From the IMG/VR virus record IMGVR_UViG_3300050821_008607, positions 34,184-98,183 of that record: a stretch of 64,000 nt of DNA. One strand, written 5' to 3'. The translations under genes were made by a program, and so were the position numbers. Below the pieces are notes generated by a model. That model made no database searches. It was not told the DNA's origin and saw only the letters and a program-made list of their open reading frames with translations. The number at the start of each line of letters is the position of its first letter. Position 1 is the first letter of the stretch. Positions 44,141 to 52,408 of this stretch are shown piece after piece. The stretch is from a virus.

Positions 44141-45144
44141 GACGCCGCTCTGAGCGGCTTGGCAAGATCGGCGTGCCCGGCCTTGATCGCGGCGGTACGG
44201 AGCTGCTGGGCGCGGGAGCGGGAGACGCCGAGGTGGTCGGCGAGGGCCTGGTCCGACGGGGACTTGCCGAGGGTCTTCTCCAGGGCGCGGAAGGCCGCGG
44301 CGACCTCGTCGAGATCACGGGCTTCGCCACCCGGCGCGGGAGTCTCGGCGTGGTCTGCCACGGTGGCGCCCGGACTGCCAGGCTCCGGACTGGCGGCGCC
44401 CTGCGAGGGCCTGGCAGCCGGGGGACTGGCAGGGGCTGGCACTGGCACGCCAGGGCTGGCAGGAGGGGCTGCCAGGGGCGGGGTGGCAGTCGGGCTGCCA
44501 GGGGCGGCAGGACTGGCGCTGGCAGCCGCGCCCCGCGCGCTGCCAGTCGGCCGACTGGCAGCGCGGCGCTGGCTGGCAGCGAGGCGCTCTGGCAGTGGCA
44601 TCTCCATGACGTGGCGTCGGACGATGTCCCAGCTGCCAGTCCAGTCGAAGACGAACCGCAGCGGGTGCAGGCGCGGGCGCACGGCGATCCCGGCGCGCCG
44701 CTCCGCAGCCTTGCGGGCCTCGGAGATCAACGCCTCGAAGACCACGACGGCCGCCAGCGGCATGAGGGCGGCGACGATCCGGCCCCAGTGGTCGCTCAGA
44801 TGGACGTAGTTGATCAGGCAGGACAGCATCGTGAAGACGACGATCAGGAGCCGCCACACCAGAGCCGACCGGCCGTGGCTGGCGGCGCGCATGACGACGA
44901 GGGTGAGGCCGGCGGGGGCGCCGTCGTAGGTGACCGGGACGAGCCAGGCCGTGGCCCAGCTGAGCTGCATGTGCTGCATCGCGAAGGTGTGGAGGCCGAT
45001 GAAGCTGACGGTCCAGCCGGCAAAGGCGACGGTGGCGACGATGACGAAGCCCAGGGTGCCGAGGCTGCTGTCGCGGATCCACAGCGCGACCTCGCGCAGC
45101 CGCTCGATCTTGCCTCGGCTGGTCGGCGCGTCATTCTCGGTCAC
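44137..45144 (-). CDS. DUF2637-like (Spd-type) membrane protein with C-terminal HTH
   Basis: 4 TMs (SFIGL, AWLVPVTYDG, INYVH), Pro/Ala linker, PSDQALADHLGVSRSRAQQLR. Confidence 0.8.
   Translation of the reverse strand: MTENDAPTSRGKIERLREVALWIRDSSLGTLGFVIVATVAFAGWTVSFIGLHTFAMQHMQLSWATAWLVPVTYDGAPAGLTLVVMRAASHGRSALVWRLLIVVFTMLSCLINYVHLSDHWGRIVAALMPLAAVVVFEALISEARKAAERRAGIAVRPRLHPLRFVFDWTGSWDIVRRHVMEMPLPERLAASQRRAASRPTGSARGAAASASPAAPGSPTATPPLAAPPASPGVPVPAPASPPAARPSQGAASPEPGSPGATVADHAETPAPGGEARDLDEVAAAFRALEKTLGKSPSDQALADHLGVSRSRAQQLRTAAIKAGHADLAKPLRAAS
44355..44640. repeat. dense cluster of TGGCA/TGCCA motifs inside CDS
   Basis: more than ten CTGGCA/TGCCAG-type copies in both orientations; second cluster at ~43535-43750. 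Confidence 0.65.
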
Positions 45145-45455
45145 GGCGCGGTGGCTCCCGTTCGGGCGAGGGGGATGGTGTCCCAGCGGCTGAGGGCGTT
45201 GAGTCCGTTGATGCAGGCCCGGAGGACGGCCTGCAGGGTGAGGGCGGCGGCGAGGAGTACGCAGCGGCTGGTGCCGAGGAGTGCCTTGTCCCGGTCGAGC
45301 CGCAGCACCTTGGCGAGCAGCAGGACGGTCCCTACGTAGGCGAGCACCCCGAACACCAGCGCGGGCAGCACCGGGGCCGGGCTGTACCAGCCGACGAGGA
45401 GCCCGCCTGCGCTGGCGATCACGGCGATGAGTGCAGTGGTCGGTGTGGTGCGCAT
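45141..45455 (-). CDS. membrane protein
   Basis: three hydrophobic segments; RBS GAAGGAG. Confidence 0.65.
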   Translation of the reverse strand: MRTTPTTALIAVIASAGGLLVGWYSPAPVLPALVFGVLAYVGTVLLLAKVLRLDRDKALLGTSRCVLLAAALTLQAVLRACINGLNALSRWDTIPLARTGATAP

Positions 45456-45480
45456 GGTCGGGCTCCTTCCGGTGGGTGGG

Positions 45481-47433
45481 TCAGCGGTTGCGGTTGCGGT
45501 ACGACGGGGAGTCGGAGAGTTCGGCCGCCTGCTGGAGCCAGTTGCTGCGGACTTCGGGGTCGGTGGTGTTGTTGGCGCGGTCGAGGGCGTCGTCGATGAT
45601 GACTTCGCGGGCGGTTCGGCCGTCGTTCTTGGCTTCGCTGCGTGTGGTGTGCGGGCCCATGCCCATGTCCTGCTCCTTCGGTCGGTGTCTGGCCTTTGCG
45701 TGCGCGTCTCCGCCGTGATGCGGGTGCCGGGCTGGTCCCGGGGGCGCGCTGGGTGGTCAGTTGCTCTTGGCCTTCTCGTCGCACTTGGCGGCTTTGGCTT
45801 CGCACGCCTCGGCTTTGGTTTCGTTGCCTGCCGCCCGCCACTTGTCGGCGTCGGCCTGCCACTTCTCGGCGTCTTCGGTCCAGCCCATCGGGTGCTCCTT
45901 CGGTCGGTGGTGCAGGGGTTGGCGCGGGCCTGCTACTTCCGGTCGTCGATTTCCGTCAGCACCTGGTCGATCTCGCTGTGCATCTGGTCTTGGCCGGTCT
46001 GCCAGTGGTCGTTGCTGTACTGCCGCGCGATTTCGCTCATCGCGGTGACGCCGGTTTTGAGGTCTTCGGTGCTGATTCCGTCGTAGCGGGACATGGCTTG
46101 CCTTTCGGTCGGTGGTGCTCGGGGTGGTGCTCGTCGCTGGGCGGCTGGTCAGTCGTAGTCGTAGCCGAGGGTCTTCGCCGCGAGGGCTGCGCGCTCGTGC
46201 CCCATTTCGTTGAGCCGTTCGGTGAGGCCGGTGTCGCCTCGGAGCGCGTAGGCGTCCTGGAGGAGCTGGCCGTCCCTTTCGGCGCGACCGCGCTCGATGT
46301 CGGCGCGAATTGCATCGTGATCGGGCTTGGGCGTGAGCATGGTCGTTCTCCGATCGGGTTGATGGCGGCCCTGGCGGGTGGCGCCCGTCCCGCCGGGGGT
46401 GCGGGCCGGGCGCCGACTGAAGGTCGGCGGCAGCGTGGGGGTGCTACCGCCGACCCGATCGGGGGCCGTCTCAGTGGCTGAGGCAGCGGTCGTGGTTGGA
46501 CATGGTGCATTTGGCGCGGAGGGCTGCTCGGCGGGGCATGATCTCGGCGTAGTAGGCGTCGGAGTCCTGCTGCTGGGCGACAGCGTCGGCGGCGACGCGC
46601 CGCTGGCGCGCGCCTTCCCGCTGGCGGGCCTTGTCGGCGTCGTGGTAGCTGGTATCGGCGGCGGGTGCCTTGGGGGCGAGGAAGTTCCATCCCATGGGTC
46701 ATGCCCCCGCGTTGTTGTTGGGGTGGGGTCGGTGGCTGGAGCGGGCGGTGAGTTGGGGTCCGTGGCGGAGGCTGGCGGGGAGCGCGGGGTTCTGTTGGGC
46801 GGTGGTGAGGCGCTGGTTGGCGTCAGCCCAGATGGCGGATTCTTCGGGGTGGCCGCTGGTTTCGACGGCGGCGAGGTGGGTTTCGGCGGCGGCGAGGTCG
46901 CTCTTGGCGGCGCGGGTGGATCGGCTCATGTCGGCTGGTCCTCCGGGGTGTCGGTGGTGGGCGGGTCGAGGCGCTCGCGGGGCTCGTCGGTGGGCTGGGC
47001 GAGTGCGCGCCGGATGTCGTCGGCGGTCCAGCCGTGGGCGTCGGGGTCGGTGGTCACCACGGGTCCCGCCCGAAGTTCGACTTGTGCCAGGCCTGGATGA
47101 TGCTGGCGTCGTCGCGGGGCGTGTCGGGGCCGAGGATCCGGTCGGCTTCCTCGGGGGTGGCTTCGCGCTGCTCTTTGGGGAGCCAGATGCCGGTGCCGGG
47201 AGTGGTGCCGTCGTCGCGGCTCATGCGGCACCTCGCGGCAGGTCGTCGCCGAACGCGCGGTCGGCCGCGAAGAGGAAGCGGTCGTAGCTGGCGTCGTAGG
47301 CGCCGCGGTCGAAGCGGGCCACGAGGGGGCGGCGGGCGGTCGGGCCCGGGAATGCCGGGCGGGGACGCAGCTCCGTCACCTGCGGGGCGCCGTGATCTGT
47401 GGGGCGTGTGGGGGTGCCGGAAACGGCACTCAT
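45481..47433 (-). other. array of micro-genes (45481-45666, 45757-45888, 45933-46094, 46149-46340, 46471-46695, 46699-46929, 46926-47060, 47054-47224, 47221-~47433)
   Basis: 43-76 aa ORFs with RBSs; several share a repeated upstream sequence. Confidence 0.6.
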
Positions 47434-47487
47434 CCCGTTAACCTGGGTCAACGTCTTGCCTTCCTGTTCTGAGCAGGTGGGCGGGCG

Positions 47488-47592
47488 CCCGGTTGGTGTC
47501 TCACCACCTCCGGGGTTAGGTCCGGGCGGGTGTCTCACCACCTGCCCGGACCGTTACGCGGCCCCGGTATGGCGTCTCACCGCCTCCGGGGC
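47488..47592 (-). promoter_or_regulatory. three tandem leader hairpins with GTGAGA loops
   Basis: outer stem, A bulge, GG(T/C)G-GTGAGA-C(A/G)CC at 47561-47592, 47519-47552 and 47488-47514. Confidence 0.7.
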
Positions 47593-47606
47593 TTTGTGCT
47601 GTACCG

Positions 47607-47635
47607 ACGATAGCCATCCTATAGACTTGGGTCAA
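47607..47635 (-). promoter_or_regulatory. sigma70/HrdB-type promoter of the transfer operon
   Basis: TTGACC-17nt-TATCGT; overlapped by repeat GGCAAGAYGTTGACCCA (47628-47644, second copy 47444-47460). Confidence 0.7.
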
Positions 47636-47657
47636 CATCTTGCCCGATACTCCAGAC

Positions 47658-47930
47658 GTGCCGACCGAGCCCACTCCTGAGGGGAGACCGCCAGAGATGG
47701 TCACCCTTGCCGAGATCGCCAGACGGGCCGGGCTCAGCAAGCAGCGCATCTCGAAGCTGGCACGCACCGACCCGGACTGGCCCGTCCCGGTAAGCGAGTG
47801 GCAGCCTGTCGGCCGGTACTTCCTGCTGCCCTGGGAGCCGGTCAGGCTCTACCTGGAAGCCAGAGATCCGCAGATCGGCGTCCACCACGCCACACGCATC
47901 GCCCGTCGTACCGACCCGCCCCCGGAGTGA
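47658..47930 (+). CDS. HTH regulator divergent from the transfer operon
   Basis: MVTLAEIARRAGLSKQRISKLARTDPDWP; start uncertain (47640/47658/47697). Confidence 0.75.
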   Translation: MPTEPTPEGRPPEMVTLAEIARRAGLSKQRISKLARTDPDWPVPVSEWQPVGRYFLLPWEPVRLYLEARDPQIGVHHATRIARRTDPPPE

Positions 47931-47934
47931 GCCC

Positions 47935-48780
47935 ATGTCCCGCGTCTACTTCCATTCCCCGTCCGGCGACGCCGAGCTGCTGGGTTCGGAGCGCTACCAC
48001 CTGAGCGGCCTCGCGAAGGCCACTGCCATGGGCCAGGTGATCCAAGACCCTGACCGGTTCCGCGCCCTCCTGCCCCCTGGGCACTACCTGAGCCAGCTCC
48101 GTTCGAACCATCCGGGCGCCTGGGCTGGCTGGTACGAGACAGCTCTGAAGACGGGTGACGCGGTGATCGAGTACGAGGGTCAGCCGATCGAGTCGTTCGC
48201 GCTGCTCCTGAACACGGCGCTGGAGACCGGCGACGAGGCCCTACGGTTGGCGGCGCGGATCGACGGGCAGTGCGAGATCCACGGATGGGTCGACGGCCCC
48301 AACCGGAAGTGGCTGGCCGGGATGATGCGGGCGGCCGTCGATGCCGGGATGTTCCGGCGGGGCTTCTTGGCCGGCCCAGGGCCGGGCGGCGAGCGGGTGT
48401 GGTCGGAGCAGGGCTGGGGCGAGGTCATCGCACTGCTGCTGGCCCGGGACGACGAGCCGGTCGTGATGTCGTACTCGGTGTGCAAGGGCTTCCCGAATCC
48501 CACGGCCGCTGGTGTGGTGTCCATCGAGGATGATCCCGACGAGGAGTTCGAGGGCGCGCGTGAGGCGTTCGACCTGCTGCCGAGGTCGGAACAGTGGGCG
48601 ACGTGCATGGCCGAGCTGCGCACGGGCGTGAACGGGCTGGAGTTCAAGCCGGACAACTGGGAGGAGTTCCGGTTCGTTCACCGGCTGTCGATGCTGGACC
48701 TGATGGCCGACGACTGGGAGGAGCGGCTGCGGGAGACAGCGGCCTGGCTGCGGGAGGCTGCTGCTGCCGACGCCCCGTAA
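47935..48780 (+). CDS. hypothetical protein
   Basis: 281 aa, RBS GGAG, LAARIDGQCEIHGWV motif. Confidence 0.75.
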   Translation: MSRVYFHSPSGDAELLGSERYHLSGLAKATAMGQVIQDPDRFRALLPPGHYLSQLRSNHPGAWAGWYETALKTGDAVIEYEGQPIESFALLLNTALETGDEALRLAARIDGQCEIHGWVDGPNRKWLAGMMRAAVDAGMFRRGFLAGPGPGGERVWSEQGWGEVIALLLARDDEPVVMSYSVCKGFPNPTAAGVVSIEDDPDEEFEGAREAFDLLPRSEQWATCMAELRTGVNGLEFKPDNWEEFRFVHRLSMLDLMADDWEERLRETAAWLREAAAADAP

Positions 48781-48848
48781 AGAATCTTGCTCCGCCGCGA
48801 GGGTAACCGCCCCTCCCGCCCCTACAACCAGGTAGCCGCCTCAGCGCG

Positions 48849-48886
48849 GAAGGCCCCGCGCCGGCAACCACCGGCGCGGGGCCTTC
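48849..48886. terminator. bidirectional terminator
   Basis: GAAGGCCCCGCGCCGG-loop-CCGGCGCGGGGCCTTC between convergent genes. Confidence 0.75.
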
Positions 48887-49157
48887 GTCTGCTCCTGGCA
48901 CCCGTCGTCAGCTCTCCATCGAGAGCGCAGCGGCGGCCAGGCGATGGCTCTGCGCATTGTCTCGATGCGCGCCATCGCGCCCTTCTTCCTTGCCAAGCCG
49001 TGGGCCCACGGCTACGAGGAATGGGGCAAGCGGGGAGGATGGTCGAGGGATCTCCACGGCCGGTGCGGCGTGAAGCTGCTGCATCCAGCATGCCGGTCCC
49101 AGCGCCTCGGATCGGCGGTCGGGCAGCCAAACCACCCGCTCGGGTGCCGTCGGAGCA

Positions 49158-49589
49158 TTAGCCCCGCTGCAGGACCTGCGCCCGGAGTGCGCGGAGTACG
49201 ACTGCGATGTCGTCGACGTCGATGAACGTGCCGATGGCGCGCAGCACGGCCGTCCCGATGATCTTCGCAGTTTCGAGGTCGGCACCGCGATGGTCGGCGG
49301 TCTGCCGGAGCACGGAGGTGAGGGTGTACACGAGTTGGGCCTGCTGGGTGGAGTTCATCTCCGCGAGCAGGCGCGGCATCTCGTGGGGGCCGGTCGACGC
49401 GTCGATTCCGACCATGGTCAGCAGGATGCGGTGCAGGTTGTCTTCGCCGTACCGGGCGAGGAGGTCCGGGAGGGGCCGTTCGCCGGGGCCGGTGAGGGCG
49501 GCGAGGTTGGCGTCGTTGCCGGTGGTGATCGCTTCGAGTGCTGCTACGGCGCGGAGATGTTCGTCGTCGGTGAGGTGGTCGTCTTCCAT
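49158..49589 (-). CDS. hypothetical helical protein
   Basis: 143-aa ORF with typical codon bias. Confidence 0.6.
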   Translation of the reverse strand: MEDDHLTDDEHLRAVAALEAITTGNDANLAALTGPGERPLPDLLARYGEDNLHRILLTMVGIDASTGPHEMPRLLAEMNSTQQAQLVYTLTSVLRQTADHRGADLETAKIIGTAVLRAIGTFIDVDDIAVVLRALRAQVLQRG

Positions 49590-49697
49590 GTCTGGACGCT
49601 ACGGGGCTGATACCTGCCAGGGTGCGGGGATGGGTGAAACCACCCGGGCGGTGCATGCGGAGCTGTGATGCATTGACTACTTCAACTAGTCACGGCG

Positions 49698-50057
49698 TCA
49701 GTCCACCCACCGTTCCCGCACGTGCGCCGCGAAGTCCATCACCTGATCGGGGTGGTGCTCGACGTACAGCAGGTCTCCGGCGTGCCCGACGACGTGCGGG
49801 TCCCACTGGCCCTCGTACTGGTGGCCGTGGACGGCGTCGGCGACCCGCGTCATGATCGCGTCGAGGTCGGCCTCGGACGCTTCGGGCGGGAGGTACACGC
49901 CGATGGTGTAGCCGCTCGGGTAGGCCGGGGCGGGCTGCTCGGTGCCGAGCCGCACGGCCTGTTCCATCTCGGCGCGCGCTTCCGATACCCGCTGCTCGCT
50001 GGTGACGACCCGGGGCCGCAGCTCGGACCATGTGGTGTAGCCGGGCTGCTCGCTCAC
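49698..50057 (-). CDS. hypothetical protein
   Basis: coupled; RBS AAGGAG. Confidence 0.55.
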   Translation of the reverse strand: MSEQPGYTTWSELRPRVVTSEQRVSEARAEMEQAVRLGTEQPAPAYPSGYTIGVYLPPEASEADLDAIMTRVADAVHGHQYEGQWDPHVVGHAGDLLYVEHHPDQVMDFAAHVRERWVD

Positions 50058-50359
50058 GCGGCATCTCCTTCGACGATCTTCCGCCGTGGTTCCCCGGCCA
50101 CCACCAGCCGGATCTCGGCCTCGTATCCCATGGCGTGTAGGTACCGGGCGAGGGTGGCGACCGGGATGTTCCCGTCGCCGCTGAAGACCCGGCGCACAGC
50201 CCGGCGGCGCACACCGAGCTCGATGGCCAGCTGCTCGACGCTCAGCCCGGAGGCGACCTTGGCGTCCCAGAGGAGGTGCAGGGCCTCATGCCGGAGCCGG
50301 GCCGCCGCGAGACGGCGCGCTCCATCAGGGGTGGCGGCGACACGGTCGTACAGGGTCAC
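50054..50359 (-). CDS. XRE-family HTH protein
   Basis: SGLSVEQLAIELGVRRRAVRRVFSGDGNIPVATLARYLHAMG. Confidence 0.8.
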   Translation of the reverse strand: MTLYDRVAATPDGARRLAAARLRHEALHLLWDAKVASGLSVEQLAIELGVRRRAVRRVFSGDGNIPVATLARYLHAMGYEAEIRLVVAGEPRRKIVEGDAA

Positions 50360-50667
50360 GGCTGCCTCCCGAGCCCGCCCAGGCTGAACGTCCCGTCAGC
50401 CGCGAACAGGGCCTTCTGTTCGGCGAGCGGCATACCTTCGAGGCTGGTCCAGCACCGCGGGCAGGATGTTCCGTCGGTCGGGTACGGGTCGCCGCACCAC
50501 CGGCACGGTTCGCCGGGCTGCTCGCTGGGGCCGTGGCACGGGTGTTCGTCGTGGGGATGGGCGGGGGCGATGCATGGCCCGCAGGACAGGCACCGGTCCG
50601 TGCCTGGCTGGCGCCAATGCGGCTGGTAGATCTCGGTGCAGGCCGGGCAGCGGAACGTGTCGCTCAT
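50356..50667 (-). CDS. Cys-rich Zn-finger protein
   Basis: four CxxC pairs. Confidence 0.6.
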   Translation of the reverse strand: MSDTFRCPACTEIYQPHWRQPGTDRCLSCGPCIAPAHPHDEHPCHGPSEQPGEPCRWCGDPYPTDGTSCPRCWTSLEGMPLAEQKALFAADGTFSLGGLGRQP

Positions 50668-50899
50668 CGCCCCAGGATGGCAGCAGTGTGGCGCGCGGCG
50701 CTGCTCACCGGAGCAGGTTGGGCCAGAAGCGGGGCTTGTGCGGGCAGCGCTGCCACCACCACAGGATCAGGTCCTCGCGGTGGCAGTAGTGCCTGATGCC
50801 CTGCTCGTACATCCAGTGCGTGACGCGCGTCTTCATGGCACAAGTGTGGCGCGCTCCGGTCCCTTCGCTGGCAGAAGCGCGCCACGTGCAGGTTAGCGG

Positions 50900-51436
50900 T
50901 CAGCCGAGTTGCCGGGTCGCAGCCTCGTACTCCTTGGCCTGGGACGGCTTGAGAAGGTGGGAGACACGGACGAGGACATCGCCCTGGACGTAGTCGTACT
51001 CCGCTGCTGCGGGCAGGGATGCGGTGACGGCCTGGATGTACTTGGCGCGGGCGGTGGCGTCTTCGGGGGTGGCGAAGACTTCGATGCTGCCGCCGAACTG
51101 GATGTCGCCCTTGTCGAGGCCGGTGGTGTCGGCCGGGTTGACGCGGGTGTCTTTGAACTGGACTTTGCTGGTGTATTCGTGGGGCCGGCCGATGAGGTTG
51201 TTGCCGTCGTTGTTTTCGGTGACGACGTTGGTGAGTTTCGCGGTGGTGATTTTTGCGGCGAGTTGGGTCATGGCGGTGGTGGCTGTGAGCGGTGTGGTGG
51301 CTTTGGCCGGGGCGGTGGTTGCGGTGGCCGCGGCGGGCGCGGCCGGGGTGGCGACGGCGGCGGGTTTCGCGGTGCTGGCGCATCCGGTGAGCGCGAGCAG
51401 GGTGGCACAGGACGCGAGGGTGAGGGTTCGGCGCAT
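50900..51436 (-). CDS. lipoprotein, superinfection-exclusion candidate
   Basis: signal peptide with lipobox LTGC, Ala/Thr linker, DGNNLIGRPHEYTSK..SIEVF; downstream of repressor. Confidence 0.8.
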   Translation of the reverse strand: MRRTLTLASCATLLALTGCASTAKPAAVATPAAPAAATATTAPAKATTPLTATTAMTQLAAKITTAKLTNVVTENNDGNNLIGRPHEYTSKVQFKDTRVNPADTTGLDKGDIQFGGSIEVFATPEDATARAKYIQAVTASLPAAAEYDYVQGDVLVRVSHLLKPSQAKEYEAATRQLG

Positions 51437-51540
51437 CCCGGCAGCCTCGCAGGGTTGTGCGCGTCGTGTGCGCAGTGTTGCCGAACGGTTACGTGAGGTG
51501 CGGGCGTGCGCTGCTGTGCGGGGACGCGCGCTGGCGTGCG

Positions 51541-51927
51541 CTACTCGGCGTCGGAAGTACGGCGCCGCTGGAGCGCCTCGACCAGAGCCAACAGGATCGG
51601 GGCGTCAGCCGGGTCGATACCCCATGCTTCGGCGGCCTCGTACACGTCCGGGGCCCGGGTCGGCGTGGGGGCGTCGGGGAAGTCGTTGGGCTCGGCATCG
51701 CCGGAGCGGATCAGCATTTCGGACACCTCGATCCCGAGCACTCGCGCGAGGCGCAGCTGCGATCCGACGTCGGGCATGGTCTGGCCGTTGAAGGTGCGGC
51801 CGATCTGCGTCGAGGAGATCCCGGTGGCCTTGGCGAGGGCGGCTTGTGCGCCGCGCGCGCCGTCGAGGTCGTAGCCGGCGGCCAGGGCTCGGTGGCGTAG
51901 CCACTCAGCGAAGGTCAGCTCGGGCAC
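51541..51927 (-). CDS. CI-like XRE repressor
   Basis: FAEWL...GAQAALAKATGISSTQIGRTFNGQTMPD...LARVLG; RBS GAGGAG; divergent from cro-like gene. Confidence 0.85.
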   Translation of the reverse strand: MPELTFAEWLRHRALAAGYDLDGARGAQAALAKATGISSTQIGRTFNGQTMPDVGSQLRLARVLGIEVSEMLIRSGDAEPNDFPDAPTPTRAPDVYEAAEAWGIDPADAPILLALVEALQRRRTSDAE

Positions 51928-51947
51928 GGTTCTCCTCGGACGTTGGA

Positions 51948-52101
51948 GCGATATCGCGGCGATATCGCCTGGTGAGCGTAGCGTGCGCGCTCCCCCCTTC
52001 GTCAGGCACACGCCGCTTATGAGCCACTCCTGACATTGTTGCGCGCGCGCCCCGTTGGGCATAGGATTACTGCATGCGCGCCACTACTGGGCACGCATGC
52101 A
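51948..52101. promoter_or_regulatory. genetic switch: operators and rightward promoter
   Basis: tandem palindrome GCGATATCGC (51948, 51959); TTGCGC-17-TAGGAT (52039-52067); inverted repeat TGCATGCG...CGCATGCA (52071-52101). Confidence 0.6.
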
Positions 52102-52135
52102 ACTTCCATGTGTTTCCCCTGCCCAGGAGGCGATC

Positions 52136-52369
52136 ATCGCGACCTTCCGACTCCGCGCCGACGTGCTGCGCGAAGCCGCCGCCGAACGCGGAGACCCCAG
52201 CATCCGCCGCATCGTCCGCACCACCGGCATCGACCGGTCCGTCATCTACCGCAACCTCAAGGGCCGTTCCGAACCCTCGCTCGGAACCCTCATGCGCTTT
52301 CACGCCTGCTACGGCATCCACGTCGAAGACCTCGTCGCCGAAGCCGAGTCCACTGTCGACGCCAACTGA
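52136..52369 (+). CDS. Cro-like HTH protein (ATC at the expected start position)
   Basis: ATFRLRADVLREAAAERGDPSIRRIVRTTGIDRSVIYRNLKGRSEPSL; AGGAGG 5 nt upstream of ATC; alternative ATG at 52097. Confidence 0.75.
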   Translation: MATFRLRADVLREAAAERGDPSIRRIVRTTGIDRSVIYRNLKGRSEPSLGTLMRFHACYGIHVEDLVAEAESTVDAN

Positions 52370-52408
52370 CCGACCCCACCGCTGCGCTGATCGACGGAGA
52401 ACGAGCAC

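Noticed and set aside
45456-47650. CRISPR array suggested by spaced repeats
   Set aside because: Repeats are short and irregularly spaced, spacers are ORFs or stems, and there are no cas genes
48890-49157. Overlapping short ORFs on both strands
   Set aside because: No RBS or convincing codon pattern; treated as intergenic
49698-50359. Toxin-antitoxin pair around the XRE gene
   Set aside because: No recognisable toxin fold in the neighbouring ORFs
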